From Macrostomum lignano (Eukaryota): DNA of 28,931 nucleotides. Positions 1 through 12,348 of this stretch are shown here, one piece after another; position 1 is the stretch's first letter, and every line of letters begins with the position of its first letter. The stretch lies in NCBI GenBank assembly GCA_002269645.1, contig NIVC01004996.1, positions 1 to 28,931 on the forward strand. The letters are read 5' to 3'. The notes beneath the pieces were generated by a model. It was not told the DNA's origin, searched no databases, and saw only the letters and a program-made list of their open reading frames with translations. A program made the position numbers and the translations under genes.

Positions 1-1641
1 CATTTTTGTCAAAAACTAAGTCGCACGGCCAACCAAATTTTGGAGGTTGCGCATGTATGACCTTGAAACCTGCTAAAATCTAAACCCTCAACCCAAACCT
101 GACCTAAACCTAACTTTAACCCAACCTATAAAAGCCTTGAAATCTCAGCAATTATTTTCTCCTAAGCCTTGCACTGTAACAATTTCCCTCCAAGCCTTGA
201 CATCGTAGCAATTCCCAAATGAATCTTTTTAACTTTGACATGACTTTTATATATACATAGTGCTTCTTTTCTTTTTTACATGACTCTTCTTCTATCAGTG
301 CCCCCCCTTGTGGTGGCAAGCCAACAAAGAATGTAATAAAAAATTGAGTAAAGTATATATAACTTGAATCTAAAATATGCTCAATTTATTATTCTAATAG
401 CCATTAATCAAATGAATATCTTTTCTATAAATATTTTTTTTATTTGATAAACTGACAAAAACTATAAGCAAGTGAGAAGATATTACAATCTACTATACTA
501 AAAATAAGTTGTGTATCTATCTAAACTATAGGGATCTAATAAAACAAAAAATATATGATAAATATATATTTGCTACAGATTGATCAAAGGCCAAGGGTGC
601 GTAAACAAAATTGCCAAATGCAATATTGGAATACTAAAAATGATTATACAATATACAGTATGTCATTTAAATATAAATAGGCCTATCTTTACAAGCAAAC
701 TTATAGAATAGAAATTACAATTTATTATTAAATGCTCTATCTGCCTAGTGCAGTAGTTAGAATGTTAGATTTATGACTGAAAGGATGGATATAACTTTGG
801 CTGATTGTGTTTTTACATCAATTGTTAAAAAATTATTATACTAATATAGTTTGTTTACAAACTTTAAAGACATAATTGATCTTGCATAATTTAGCTTTTA
901 TTTGAACTGTGATTTTAAACTTTAAATTTAAGCTTTTACAACATTTTGTAGCATAACTTTGAAAATATGATGAATTTTAATTCATTGCACTGCACAGCAC
1001 TATAAGAAATTATACAGAGAAACTATATGAACTTTGTACTTTGTACAAAATTTCTACCAAAATATTCATTTAAAACTTGAGATAAATCTATATTCATTAA
1101 AAAAAAGTAGTACTAAATGGTAAAAATGCTTTTTTGCCACAAATACTACTCTTTGCACTAATATATACTTCATAGCTTTATTGCTAAGGTGTAAGACCAA
1201 GATGGCCACACACCAAGATGGCCACAGCTGAGGTGCGGGGTCACGAAAAATGACAGCTGGTTTACTATTGGATAGCTTCGGGTGGGGAGATGTGGGGTTG
1301 CAATGGGGGGGGGTTTAGACCACAGATACTATAAACACTAGATAGGCCACTCCAGCTAATTTTCACAACACGACAGTTTACTCTACTTTCTGCTTAGTAG
1401 TAGTAAAAACATTTTAGCGATATTTATATTTTTTTAAAATAAAAAAACAAAATGAATGCAATGCAGCAATTGTATTGATTTTATTTGCAAAAAGAAACTT
1501 ATAATTATACTTTCTACAATTCAAAGCAACATTGTGAATGCTTTAGATTGCATTGCAGTCAACTATTGTATATTTAGCAAATACGAGCTATATCATATAC
1601 TCCATATTTGTGTAGCAAAATAGAAAGATTTCTCATCTTAA

Positions 1642-2700
1642 TCAGCTCATCTGTTTGTGAAACTTTCGCAGCGTGCTGTCGAAGCACAGGGTTGCCAGTT
1701 GCCTTTGTTCAGAGGCAGCATTCAGCACGGCCCAACAGATGAAAAAAACTGGCGAATGCGCCTCTTCAAGGTCCAAAAATGTATCCGATGGAGAGCCAAT
1801 CCTCAGTGGTTTCGTAACAGGTAGCCGATAAGCAGCAGGACTTTTGTGATGCAGCTGCAATGAGCTGCTGATGAAATGACATCCTTTGACCAGAGCACCC
1901 CTGACTGCGAGCGCCCAGTCGACCGCTGGAAGCTGCGCTAGCCACGCCTCCACAGTCCATGGATGCACGACTGCGCTGCACTTGCCTTGACCATCGAGAG
2001 TTGCCGCTGCAGCCGCTTGATTTGCCTGTCGCTTTCGGGATTGCTGCTGCAGCCGCTTGATTCGCCTGTCACTTTCGGGATCGTTGCTGCAGCCGCTTGA
2101 TTCGCCTGTCACTTTCGGCCTCGGGATCGTTGCTGCAGCCGCTTGATCGTTGCCTCTAGCGCTTGGAACCCGCGAATCGGCTGCAGAGGTGAGAGCTTTC
2201 AGCCGCAACAGCTGTTCTCGGCGCAGAATCTGGTAGCCGAAGGTTGCTCTGCCACAGCACTGGCAGCAGGAGCAGGCAAGTCTCAGGCTCGGCTGTAGAT
2301 AGATTGCTAATTGGCCCCAGCACTACATGTCGTCTGCCTCTTCATCGTTTATCAGTCCTTTGCACAGAGGGTAGCTGGTCTATTTGAACGAGCCGAGGCA
2401 GCATCAACTCTTGATGTGGGATTGCGTCCCAGCGAAAATAGATGTCTTGCACATCCGTGGCACTTTGTAAGGCAGCAGTAGGCCTCGTCCATAAAGTGCA
2501 AGCTGAACACACGTAGGCCCCGTGATTTAATTGTTTATAAAGGTCAATATCCACGCTCCTGCAGTAGCTGCTGCCAGCGCTTCGCCAGTGTCATCTTTTG
2601 GTAATTTATGCATTCGCAACGGATTTTCTTTCTCGGATGTTAATAGCACTAGTACAGAGCTCGTGCAAGTGGGAGCACAGCAGTGGTTCGAATCAAAACA
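1642..2700 (-). pseudogene. Degenerate THAP-domain / P-type transposase fragment
   Basis: Minus-strand pieces in three frames: HCCAPTC (2685-2665), MHKLPKD, LAKRWQQLL, YVCS..LHFMDEAY and WDAIP (DAIP 2428-2417) fit the THAP C2CH pattern plus AVP box. ORF 1642-2208 carries SLQLHHKSPAAYR (~1860-1825), GSPSDTFL and RQLATLCFDS (Asp at 1680-1678). These resemble the P-transposase SPxAYR / LPSxxTL / LxFDEM motifs. The frame stops ~12 codons after this Asp, so the catalytic domain is truncated. Motif matching is from memory, not an HMM search. Confidence 0.65.
2006..2147. repeat. 40-bp tandem repeat, ~3.5 copies, inside the P-like element
   Basis: GCTGCAGCCGCTTGATTCGCCTGTCACTTTCGGGATCGTT units start at 2006, 2046, 2086 and 2132 (last partial). 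Confidence 0.9.
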
Positions 2701-3497
2701 TTTCTCGAGTACAAGATTAGATAAAAAAGCTAGTATGCACTCGAACTTTGTTTAACTCTGACTCTTGTCCTGTTCATCTATATAAGCTTGTATTGTATTT
2801 AAGCACGATTCGCCACCCCCAAATTTTCTAACCCACAACCTCTCAACCCTCACCCCCAACCCAGGCTAGCTATGTGCAGTCCTTTATTTTCTATCCAAAC
2901 ACCAGTGGGCCTAAATTATCGATCCACTCACCCTGCCTTATACGAAACTGACATTAACCCTATTCCAGACTACCCCCTTCCTCTACTTTGAAAGATAGCG
3001 GCATTGTACACTGTCTGACGCGTCTTAATGTACACCATTACTTCACAAAACAAGTTAGTTGTTTATGGCGTTAGCAAAACGATGTCTTAAAAACAGTCAC
3101 TCGATTTGTCTAATTTAGCAAATAATACTGTTGCTTCCTTTCACTGCTACTAAGCAGAAAGTAGAATAAAAAACTTGCCCAGAAAATTAGCCTGAGTGGC
3201 CTATCTAGTGTTTATAGTATCTGTGGTCAAGATTTTATTAGCATATTGCAGGGCTAAAGACAAAAATGGTTACGAGTCTTAATTTCCTACTTATAGTAGG
3301 GCCCTAAGAGGTTTAAACGTATTTCGCATTAAACAAATCTCTTCTTCATATAAAATCTGGTGTAGCTTTTTTCCATTTCTCTTATTGGTCGAGACTAATT
3401 TACTTGTTTAAAGGGATAAAAACTGGGTAAATTTCATGCCCTGTTCAAAATTCATCTGTCTCATTCACTGACAGCAGTCTAAGCACTTAGATACAAA

Positions 3498-4251
3498 ATG
3501 GCAGGCGTATATCCATGTGTGGTCTGTCTGCAGCCAGTTTGCGATGGACAAGAAGCAATTGAGTGTTCTCAATGCTTGAATTGGCAGCACCGCATGTGAT
3601 AGTCGCGTCACAATCGATCAGTATTCTGCAATGAGAAATGTCGGTGAGTTTTTCTGGCTTTGCAATCAATGCAATAGACAGGCTCCTACAGGTAACTTAG
3701 CAGTGTCTCAAGCTGCAGATGCTGCAGTGGTACATGTACAAGCCCCGAATTCTGGACCAGCGGCTGTTCCTCTGCCTGCTGAAAATCCAGAACCAGTGCA
3801 TCTGATTCTGGCACAAGCAGAAAATTTTCTTTACCAGTATCCAGATTTCAATGACCCTGATCCAGCTCTGGAAGAATCCATTCAAATTCCTCCAGCAGAG
3901 CTTGCACCGCCCCGCAGCCCACCTCCCCAGCCCTTTGAGATTCTTACAGGTGCAGGATGCAGTCACGGAAAAGACCAACGAGACCTTGGCCATCTGATGG
4001 ATGAAAAAACGCGGCGAAATGGCAACACGTACTATCGCTGCACTAAGCGTTTATCACTGCACTGTCATGGCTCCGCAGTCCGCCGTGCTGATGGAACCAT
4101 AGAAGCCCTTGCTCCGCACACGTGCGATCCAGTTGATCGGCCAGCTCAGAAGAGAAAGGCAGCAAAGGACGTAAAGGAGGGAGCAAAGGGCATGTTGTCA
4201 TCTATCCATGCCACACGTACCTTATTGCCATTTCAGATCATAACGAGTTAA
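3498..4251 (+). pseudogene. PHD finger + FLYWCH/WRKY-like zinc finger ORF, frameshifted; probable N-terminal part of a Mutator (MULE)-type transposase
   Basis: ATG 3498 reads MAGVYPCVVCLQPVCDGQEAIECSQCLNWQHR, then shifts frame at ~3594 into CDSRVTIDQYSAMRNVGEFFWLCNQC, giving the full C4HC3 PHD pattern. ORF 3631-4251 continues to FEILTGAGCSHGK...TYYRCTKRLSLHCHGSAVRRADGTIEALAPHTC (3934-4125), a FLYWCH/WRKY-like C-x7-C-x~17-H-x-C. No DDE domain or TIRs were found downstream. Confidence 0.65.
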
Positions 4252-5368
4252 AAAAGCCAAAAAATCCGCACTTACCTAGTTGCTGCACCCAATATAGCCC
4301 TGGAGCATATTTAAGAATCACCGTGCACATTTCTTGCCAGATATTACACTTTGTTTTACGCTCAAATTTGGGATGGGGGGGTTCATTGCGTCGCACTTAC
4401 AGAGCAAGCAGCCTTTACTTGGGCTAGTCACTGCATGTATGTGTGACTCAGTGCACTTCTGCCTCCGTAATTCATCATCATCCCCATCATCCCCATCATT
4501 ATGCATGATATTATATGAGCTACGTATACGAGCTATTAAAATGCAGATATGAGATACCTTTTGCACCCACGTTCGGAGAACAGGCCTGATGAAAGATTTC
4601 ATAGAAAAACAATTTATTCATTGCTACAAACTGCTGTCAATCCGTTGGTATCTAGAAATAATATGAAATATCGTGAATGGGTGGCAACTGATGCAGTTTT
4701 TTTTATTTCCACTTGTATTGAGTTTACATACGAGCCGTATTCTGTTGTTTAAGTTGAATACAAAAGGTAGGCGGGGTTGCTGTCAATTCAAGCTTGAATG
4801 AGCAAAGAGTTAATATTTATGGTCAAACAGTCCTCACACTGCTCCCCTAGTGGTGGTGATGCCTCACGGATCGTTACACTCAAGCCAACCCTAGAGCAAC
4901 TTTTTTTCAATCTTGGCCTATACTGATACGATACGATTGGAAGTCATAAATACAGTCTAAATAAATGACTGGCTTGCGTGGAGATAAAAATCTATCTATA
5001 TAAAACAGCTCACCTCAAAATCAGCCATATCGTTATTTTTCGTTGCAATCTTTTTTCAGTTTTAACATTTTTAGCCAACTGCTATGGTTGGTAACCATGA
5101 TAACAATTTGGCTCGTAAATAAATAACTCAATATAGTGACTTTGCATGCAGCACTTAGCATGAAGCCTCAGATTTATTTATGTAAATATCATTTGTACTC
5201 TTTATGCACTGCGGCAAATTTGCACAGATATGAGATGCATGTATTTTTCAGCAAGTACTGATACCCAAGAAACGCAAGGCTTCAATCAAAGTCTGACAAT
5301 TCTGAAATCTCGTCAAAATAAGCCGAACCTCTAAATACATGTACAGATACAAGTCTGATACAAACAGA

Positions 5369-5902
5369 AGAGAGAAGAGGATATCTCTATCTCTCATAGG
5401 AGAGATGAAAGAGGAGAAAGGAGAGATGAGAAAGCAGAGACGAGAAATGCGACAGTAGAGCTAGAACAGAGGAGAGAGGAGAGGGAAGAGATTATAGAGA
5501 CGAGTGGAGAGAGAAGAGAAATATGTGAGAGCAGACATGAGAGACAATGGAAGAGAAGTGGAGTGAAGGAGAAAGGAGAATAAAGGGGGAGAATCGAGAG
5601 GACAGGAAGAGAGGGGAAGGGATGAAGAGGAGAGATGAAGAGATGAGAGGAAATAGAAGAATGGAGAAGGGAGAAAGTAGAAAGGAGAAGAGATATGGGA
5701 GAGCAGGAGAGATGAGAGGGAGGAGAGAGTAGAGAGGGGAGGTGAAAGAGTAAAGGGGAGAAAGTTGAGAGAAGAGTTGGGAGAGTTGGGAAAAAAAGAG
5801 GAGAGATGTTAAAGGAGAGTACAGATGAGAGATGAGAGAGAGGAGATAAGACAGGAAATAAATAATAGGAGAGAGGGTCGAGATGATAGAGGAGAGAGAA
5901 TT
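5369..5902. repeat. GA-rich low-complexity tract
   Basis: Nearly pure purine on the + strand; source of the spurious L/S/F-rich minus-strand ORFs. Confidence 0.9.
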
Positions 5903-6576
5903 GAGAATTTCGCACTGACCTACGAGGTGCGAACAAACACGAGAAATCAAACTGAAATGTGCTAATTTCAACAGTCCCAGACTTCCATTGTTCCTACAAA
6001 ATTTTAAACAGCGGGGCAGGACCTCCTGCGGGGCAGACCCATAGAAATTTTTCCGGTTTCCAAGATATTATTGACTTATAGGGAATAAACACATACCGTA
6101 CGAGCTTAAATTTGAGCTCAAAGTTCGAGCTCAAATCCTAAATATTTAAACATCGCCACATGAGCACGGAGTCACAACATAGTTTGAATATAATGGAAAG
6201 CGCACGTAAATAAGCGAAAAGCGGTATCCAACGGGGCAACACGAGCAAACTTTCAATACGCTAATTGGGAGGGGATTAAGCAATCACGGCTGACTACCAT
6301 TCTGCCACTCAGCGGGGGTCGAACGGGAGACTAACTCCTCCACGCTCCTTCCAGTGATTTTTTTAGAATAGTTTTTGGCTCTTAGCAAAGACAGCGCACT
6401 GCCCCCCCATCCACCAGAAGGTGGGTGGGCATATTCTCGATTGGATATTCTACAACAATATCTCTCCCGCGTTGCCTTCTAGCTGGCCTCAGCTGGTACA
6501 AGTCGGACACTTTTTCAAACATAGGCTTCTTTCCTATGTTTGCTATCTATCTTTCCTATCTTTCCTTCTTTCCTAA

Positions 6577-6790
6577 GGGGAGAGAGTGGAGACCAGAGAT
6601 AAATGAGAAGAGAGAGCAAAGATGAAAGAGAAGAGAGGTGAGGGAAGATCGACGAGAGAGATGGGAGAGAGGAGATAGGAAAGAAGAGAAGAGAGAGAGA
6701 GAGAGAGAAGAGAGAGAGAGGAAACAAAAGAGAAGATAGAAGTTTCAAAGGATATGAGGGACATAGAGAGACAGCAGGCCAGAGATTTTG
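6577..6790. repeat. GA-rich low-complexity tract
   Basis: Purine-biased GAGA/GAA runs on the + strand. Confidence 0.85.
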
Positions 6791-6859
6791 ACGATACATG
6801 TTTTCGAAAGACAAGTTTTTGTTTGAGTATGACTTCAGATTTTAGAACTAGATATAAGC

Positions 6860-7082
6860 TGAGCTGAGAGAGAAGATGAAAGTAGAGGCTGAGAGTAGAG
6901 AGAGGCTGAGAGCAGAGAGGGGCTGAGAACAGAGAGGGGCTGAGAGTAGAGAGGGGCTGGGGATAGAGGTTGAGAGTGGATAGAGGCTGAGAGTAGAGAG
7001 AGGCTGAGAGTGGAGAGGCTGAGAATAGAGAGTTTGAGAGTAGATAGAGGCTGAGAGTAGAGAGATTGAGAGTAGAGAGGCT
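6860..7082. repeat. Degenerate ~17-19-bp minisatellite (GGCTGAGAGTAGAGA core)
   Basis: About 11 imperfect copies of GGCTGAGAG(T/C)AGAGAG. Confidence 0.8.
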
Positions 7083-7273
7083 AGTTCACGTTGTTCTCAA
7101 TCCCATTCCACTATACATGTAGTTTTTATCTAATGTGACTAAGCCAGGTGCTTTTAGTGCAGGGGTTGGCAAACTTTTTACCTCGATTGAGAACCCAGCT
7201 CATGACTGCCCTTCTAGTCCGCTTCGTTGGCCCCCAAAGCGAAGCGAGGAGTCCTGATGACAGAGCGGGCCAG

Positions 7274-7886
7274 AGGTGAGGAGAGAGGGTAAGGAATAGA
7301 GAAGAGAAATACAAGCATAGGATAAAGGAGAGGCGAAGGAATAAAGGAGAAGAGAGTTGATGAGAGAGAGATTAAATACGAGCGGAGAGAGAGGAGAAGG
7401 GAGATTAATGGAGAGGAGAAAGGAGGAAAGGGAGAAGAGAATGAAGAGGAAAAGGAAGATGAGAGCAGAGGTGAGGAGAGAGGAGAGAAGAGAGGAGAGG
7501 AGAGAGGTGGGGAGAGGAGAGAGGAGAGGGCAGAGATGAGAGAGAGAAAAGATGAGAGGAGAGGGCAGACATGAGAGAGAAAAGATGAGACAAGAGGGCA
7601 GACATGAGAGAGAGAATAGATGAGAGAGAGAGAGGGCAAGAGATGAGAGGAGAGGGCAGAGATAAGAGAGAGAAAGATGATACAGGAGAGGGCAGAGATG
7701 AGAGAGAAAAGAGAGAAGAGGGCAGACATGAGAGAGAATAGATGAGAGAGAGGAGAGGGCAAGAGATGAGAGAGGAGTGGGCAGAGATGAGAGAGAGAAA
7801 AGATTAGAGACGAGAGGGCTGAGATGACAGAGAAAAGATAAGAGACGAGAGTGCAGAGATGAGAGAAAAGATGAGAGACAAGAGGG
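7274..7886. repeat. GA-rich tract with degenerate GAGGGCAGA(C/G)ATGAGAGAG units
   Basis: Purine-rich on the + strand; recurring GAGGGCAGACATGAGAG motif from ~7525 onward. Confidence 0.85.
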
Positions 7887-9914
7887 CACTCCAATTTTTG
7901 CTTACTTCTATCATAACTAATAACTTTACCCTCTGCCTTTAACTTTTAACATATACAAACAACACGTCAGTTTTAGTATATTGAGATAGGTTTGAAACTA
8001 TTATCCATGATACAAAAATTAAATGTCTTGTGCTAGTAGTGCTACTATAGCTTTAGTAGGTAGTAATACCTGCTGTAAAGGGAAGTGTTTTTTGTTTTAC
8101 TTAGTCTAATTTCACCAACGAAATCTGTTTTCTCCGAGACTTGAAGCTACGTCATACCCCACCCCAATCACAGCCAATAGGAAATGAGGAAATATATAGG
8201 TACCTATTCCTATCCAAGTAGCCATTCAGAGCTGTGGCCATCTTGGTCATGTGCCATTGCTAAATATTGTTTTCATTGGACATAATAGCAAACAAACTAT
8301 CTACCTTAGCTAATTTGCATAGACCTCCAGCAAACAAACCAATAGCAGAAAAAATGACCTATACCTAAATATAGGCCTAGCCAATGCATATCACGAACTA
8401 AGCAAATGGCATGATTCCATTGATGACGATGACCTACTTACTTTTCATCCCTTGGTTAGTTATTTTATTCTACTTGTTGTCCAGTGTATAGCCACCCTAC
8501 TCCTACTATATATATTTTAATAATGATGGTTTAAAATTGTTAAAAATAAAGTTATATAAAGAATATAATATAGTTGGGAGTTTGGCAATATAACCCTGAA
8601 ATGATAAAACAATGCAACTACTAAGTTAAGTAAGGTATATGAATCTCTATAAAATTCAAAAGTAGGCCAAGTATTCAAAACAAAATAAAATTAAAATTTT
8701 GTCCAGGGGCCAAAGCACAAGGGCTGCAGGTTATGCCATGCCCATAAATATGCAATTTTTTGACAGTATCTGTACCAGCTATACTGTTTTTCTATTCTAC
8801 AAAGCATTGTTTATTAAAATTATTATAGGAATTTTTTAGATTTAGCATTAATGAATGAAGTACTGAGTATGAGGCAGTATATTTATAGGCCTAATAGTAA
8901 ATAAAACTTGGTCTATTTAGGCCTGGGCCGTTTGGCGCCTGGTACTGGTACCATAGGCATAGCCGCATAGGCATAATAAGCCAAGAATAGGGCCTAGGCC
9001 AACACTACAACACACGATAACAAGATTGAATTAGATTGATAATGACATTTAATGAAGGTAAATTTACCTTCGCGGATTTCAATTTGTATAAAAACGTATA
9101 TCTATTAGTAAACAAGGCCGAGGACTTATTGTATTGGCATATGATATTGTATTGACGGCCTGACGGGTTGGTTCAGTGTTGAGTCGACTACTGGCGGATT
9201 TGACCGATGATTCCAAGAAAGTGATATTTTAAAAATTACGCAAAGTTAACAAAAGGGCCAATGAATTAAAATCCTATATGAAAGCCTATAGTTCAAAATA
9301 AAAAGCAGAAAAATTAACCTTAAAAATTTTTTGCGCAGTTAAATATGGACCGCTGTATACTTCAAGGCGTTGGCTTATGACAAGACGCCTGATAAATTGA
9401 TATGCTAACATTTTTTAGCTGATGAAATTCTATCACGTCACAGTGCACGGACTACTTAAGTAGATATAAACGACAATTAAGTAGTCCGTGTCACAGTGAT
9501 GACACGAAAATTTAATGCATGCACAATCTTGCGCGTGAGTGGTCAGTGCAGTAAGTGAGAGAAGCCCAGGAGGTAAGACCCCAGAAGGAGGCGGAGGGGC
9601 CACGAGGTTTGCTGCAGCATAAAAAACCGAACTCAGGACGAATCTAATCATATCTAATTCAAAATTTAGATTTTGTATTTTCTTAGAATTTGCATTTTGA
9701 ATTTCCAAATTTTGGATTTTTCTCCAAATCCAATCTTATGCAGTTGTCTACATTTGATACATAAAGAATATCTGTCGTTATCTCTGATTTTTATTTTATT
9801 CCGCACTGTGGCAGAAAAAACATTTTGAATACAGAAGTTACTACTGGGCTGCAGTAACCGACGAGGGCCAAAGTGCAGAAATCCAGTGGGTTGGGCAGTT
9901 AAGGCATTTCAATT

Positions 9915-10008
9915 CTGTAGTTGAGGCACTCCCTGTCCTGTAGTTGAGGCACTTCCAGTCCTGGTACATGTAGTTGAGGCACTATCAGTCCTGTAGTTGA
10001 GGCACTCC
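9915..10008. repeat. Short tandem repeat, 4 copies of TGTAGTTGAGGCACT with 8-15 nt linkers
   Basis: Core seen four times between 9915 and 10008. Confidence 0.85.
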
Positions 10009-10670
10009 TCAAATGAGTAAAATTGATGTGAAAAGGCTCGAATTTGCTTCAACATGCCCTCAGTAGTAAGACAGGAGGTTTTCAGAGGCCGTGGAACTTT
10101 TCAAAGATATTTTTAGTTCTGCTTTAAAGTCAAAGTTAGCGCGGCAAAAAAATTTTTTTAGGGAACATGTGATCCCGCATTTCAACGTGAGGGCAACTGA
10201 CCCCCTTGAACTCTGGATTATGACAGAAATCTCCGAACTCTGTGCATGGATTTGTCCAGGATTTTTTACAACACAGGAAAAGGAAATAAACATTTCATGA
10301 ACTGTTCTCGACTGGAGATTGCCTGCAGCAAAATTCTTTCTTCAAAGATTATTATTCATCAAAAATTGTTGTTGAAAGCACGCGGTTATGCCTGTCGCTT
10401 GTTTCAATGATCTCAACCAGCATTTCAAATTTAATTAGATAAGAGTCAGGGGCTGTGTGCACCTTGGTGCACTTTACTTTAAGCGACATATTGCCACTGC
10501 CAACCGGCAGGAGGCATTACTGCCCATACGCACAGGCACACACTCACAACACAGGAGTGTTCAGCGGCCCTATTAACTTATCGTTAGGCACGTATACGAG
10601 TACACTTCACTGTGCCTTGGTGGGATTAATTAATTAATGAAATCTTAATATTATCATTGAAAAGGGTCTA

Positions 10671-11090
10671 CGACGTTTGCCTGCGGGACGTTTGCCAGCC
10701 GACGTTTGCCTGCGGGACGTTTGCCAGCCGACATTTGCCAGCCGACGTTTGCCAGCCGACGTTTGCCAGCGGGACGTTTGCCAGCCGAAGTTTGCCTGCC
10801 GGACGTTTGCCTGCGGGACGTTTGCCAGCCGACGTTTGCCAGCCGACGTTTGCCAGCCGACGTTTGCCAGCCGACATTTGCCAGCCGACATTTGCCAGCC
10901 GACATTTGCCAGCCGACATTTGCCAGCCGACGTTTGCCAGCCGACGTTTGCCAGCCGACATTTGCCAGCCGACATTTGCCAGCCGACATTTGCCAGCCTA
11001 CGTTTGCCAGCCGACGTTTGCCTGCCGGACGTTTGCCAGCCGACGTTTGCCAGCCGACGTTTGCCTGCCGGAAGTTTGCCAGCCAAAATT
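10671..11090 (+). repeat. 14-bp minisatellite, left arm of Foldback element
   Basis: GCCAGCCGAC(G/A)TTT with variant GCCTGC(G/C)GGACGTTT units. Confidence 0.95.
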
Positions 11091-12054
11091 TGCTAGCCAA
11101 TATAAAGCCAGTCAGTGAAAAATTTGATACTGAAACATTCGCAGTTTAGCGGTTTGACAAAAACCATTTTTACTCCAACTTTTTGACGGTTATTCGCATG
11201 TATACAAGTTTGAAAGCAAATCTATAAATTATGCAATTTATGCATTATGCAATTTATATATTATGCAATTTATATAGATTTACATCTAATATCCAGTTTA
11301 ACAACGATTTTCTTTGAATGTGAAAATATTGTTTACTTTTGACAATTGTGTATCGTTTTTCCCAGTTTGAGATGTTTGATTTTTGATGTGCGAAAGAAGA
11401 CGCGCAGATTACAACGGGAATCTCCAGCGATTAAGTTATGAGGCAAACAAAAAGAGCTGCTGAGCGGTAATTCTGGCTCATATATTTCTCAGTTCATGGG
11501 GAGATCCAAAAGTAAGCAAATTGATTCCAATTCTGTTGTATTACTACTCAAGTAAGCCAGGAAACCGCGATCTCAACGTACATGTGTAGACGAGTCGAAT
11601 GCGGTACGTTTTTATAGTAAGCTATATAGCTGAATAGCCAGACAAGCCGCCAGTAGCAAGCTAGTAGAATAGCAAGCGCTAGACACTACGTATGCAAAGC
11701 TTAGTCACGCCAAGGACTACTAAAGTAGAAGTACGCAGCACTCGAAATCTATGAAAAATGTTTTGAAGGCCATAGGGAGATAGGAAGTTTTCATCTTTTC
11801 AGCACAACAATTGTTATTGCTTTCATACGAGGCAAACCCAATGTTCATCTTTTGATATGTTGTGCCAAAATCGTTGTTAAATAGATATTAGACGTTAGAC
11901 TGATGAACTGCATAATTTATAGATTTGCTTTCAAACTTGTATACATGCGAATAACCGTCAAAAAGTTGGAGTAAAAATGGTTTTTGTCAAACCGCTAAAC
12001 TGCGAATGTTTCAGTATCAAATTTTTCACTGACTGGCTTTATATTGGCTAGCAA

Positions 12055-12348
12055 ATTTTGGCTGGCAAACTTCCGGCAGGCAAACGTCGGCTGGCAAACG
12101 TCGGCTGGCAAACGTCCGGCAGGCAAACGTCCGGCAGGCAAACTTCGGCTGGCAAACATCCCGCTGGCAAACGTCGGCTGGCAAACGTCGGCTGGCAAAT
12201 GTCGGCTGGCAAACGTCCCGCAGGCAAACGTCGGCTGGCAAACGTCCGGCAGGCAAACTTCGGCTGGCAAACGTCCCACTGGCAAACGTCGGCTGGCAAA
12301 CGTCGGCTGGCAAATGTCGGCTGGCAAACGTCCCGCAGGCAAACGTCG
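12055..12348 (-). repeat. 14-bp minisatellite, right arm of Foldback element (inverted)
   Basis: AAACGTCGGCTGGC units, the reverse complement of the left-arm unit. Confidence 0.95.

Larger units (their letters stand above)
1321..3225 (-). mobile_element. P-element-superfamily DNA transposon, internally deleted/degenerate (non-autonomous)
   Basis: Perfect 32-bp TIR CACAGATACTATAAACACTAGATAGGCCACTC at 1321-1352 with reverse complement at 3194-3225; imperfect inverted similarity continues to ~1400/3147. Termini are 5'-CA...TG-3'. The 8-bp flanks GTTTAGAC (1313-1320) and GTCAAGAT (3226-3233) match at 5/8. THAP and P-transposase-like motifs lie inside on the - strand. CA..TG ends, ~8-bp TSD and an N-terminal THAP domain are established P-superfamily hallmarks. 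Confidence 0.75.

Noticed and set aside
60-135. AACCCT/AACCTAA-rich stretch suggestive of telomeric or Helentron-type sequence
   Set aside because: Too short and degenerate, with no terminal structures visible; the element may extend outside the window.
6290-6350. GTTCGA B-box-like motif on the minus strand (tRNA/SINE?)
   Set aside because: No A-box at proper spacing and no cloverleaf could be folded.
5394-7894. Hydrophobic L/S/F-rich minus-strand ORFs resembling membrane proteins
   Set aside because: Artefacts of CT-rich low-complexity sequence.
10091-10300. DPLELW motif reminiscent of the hAT dimerisation domain
   Set aside because: The following conserved residues (P.L...A..L....S...ER.FS) are absent in frame; too weak to call.
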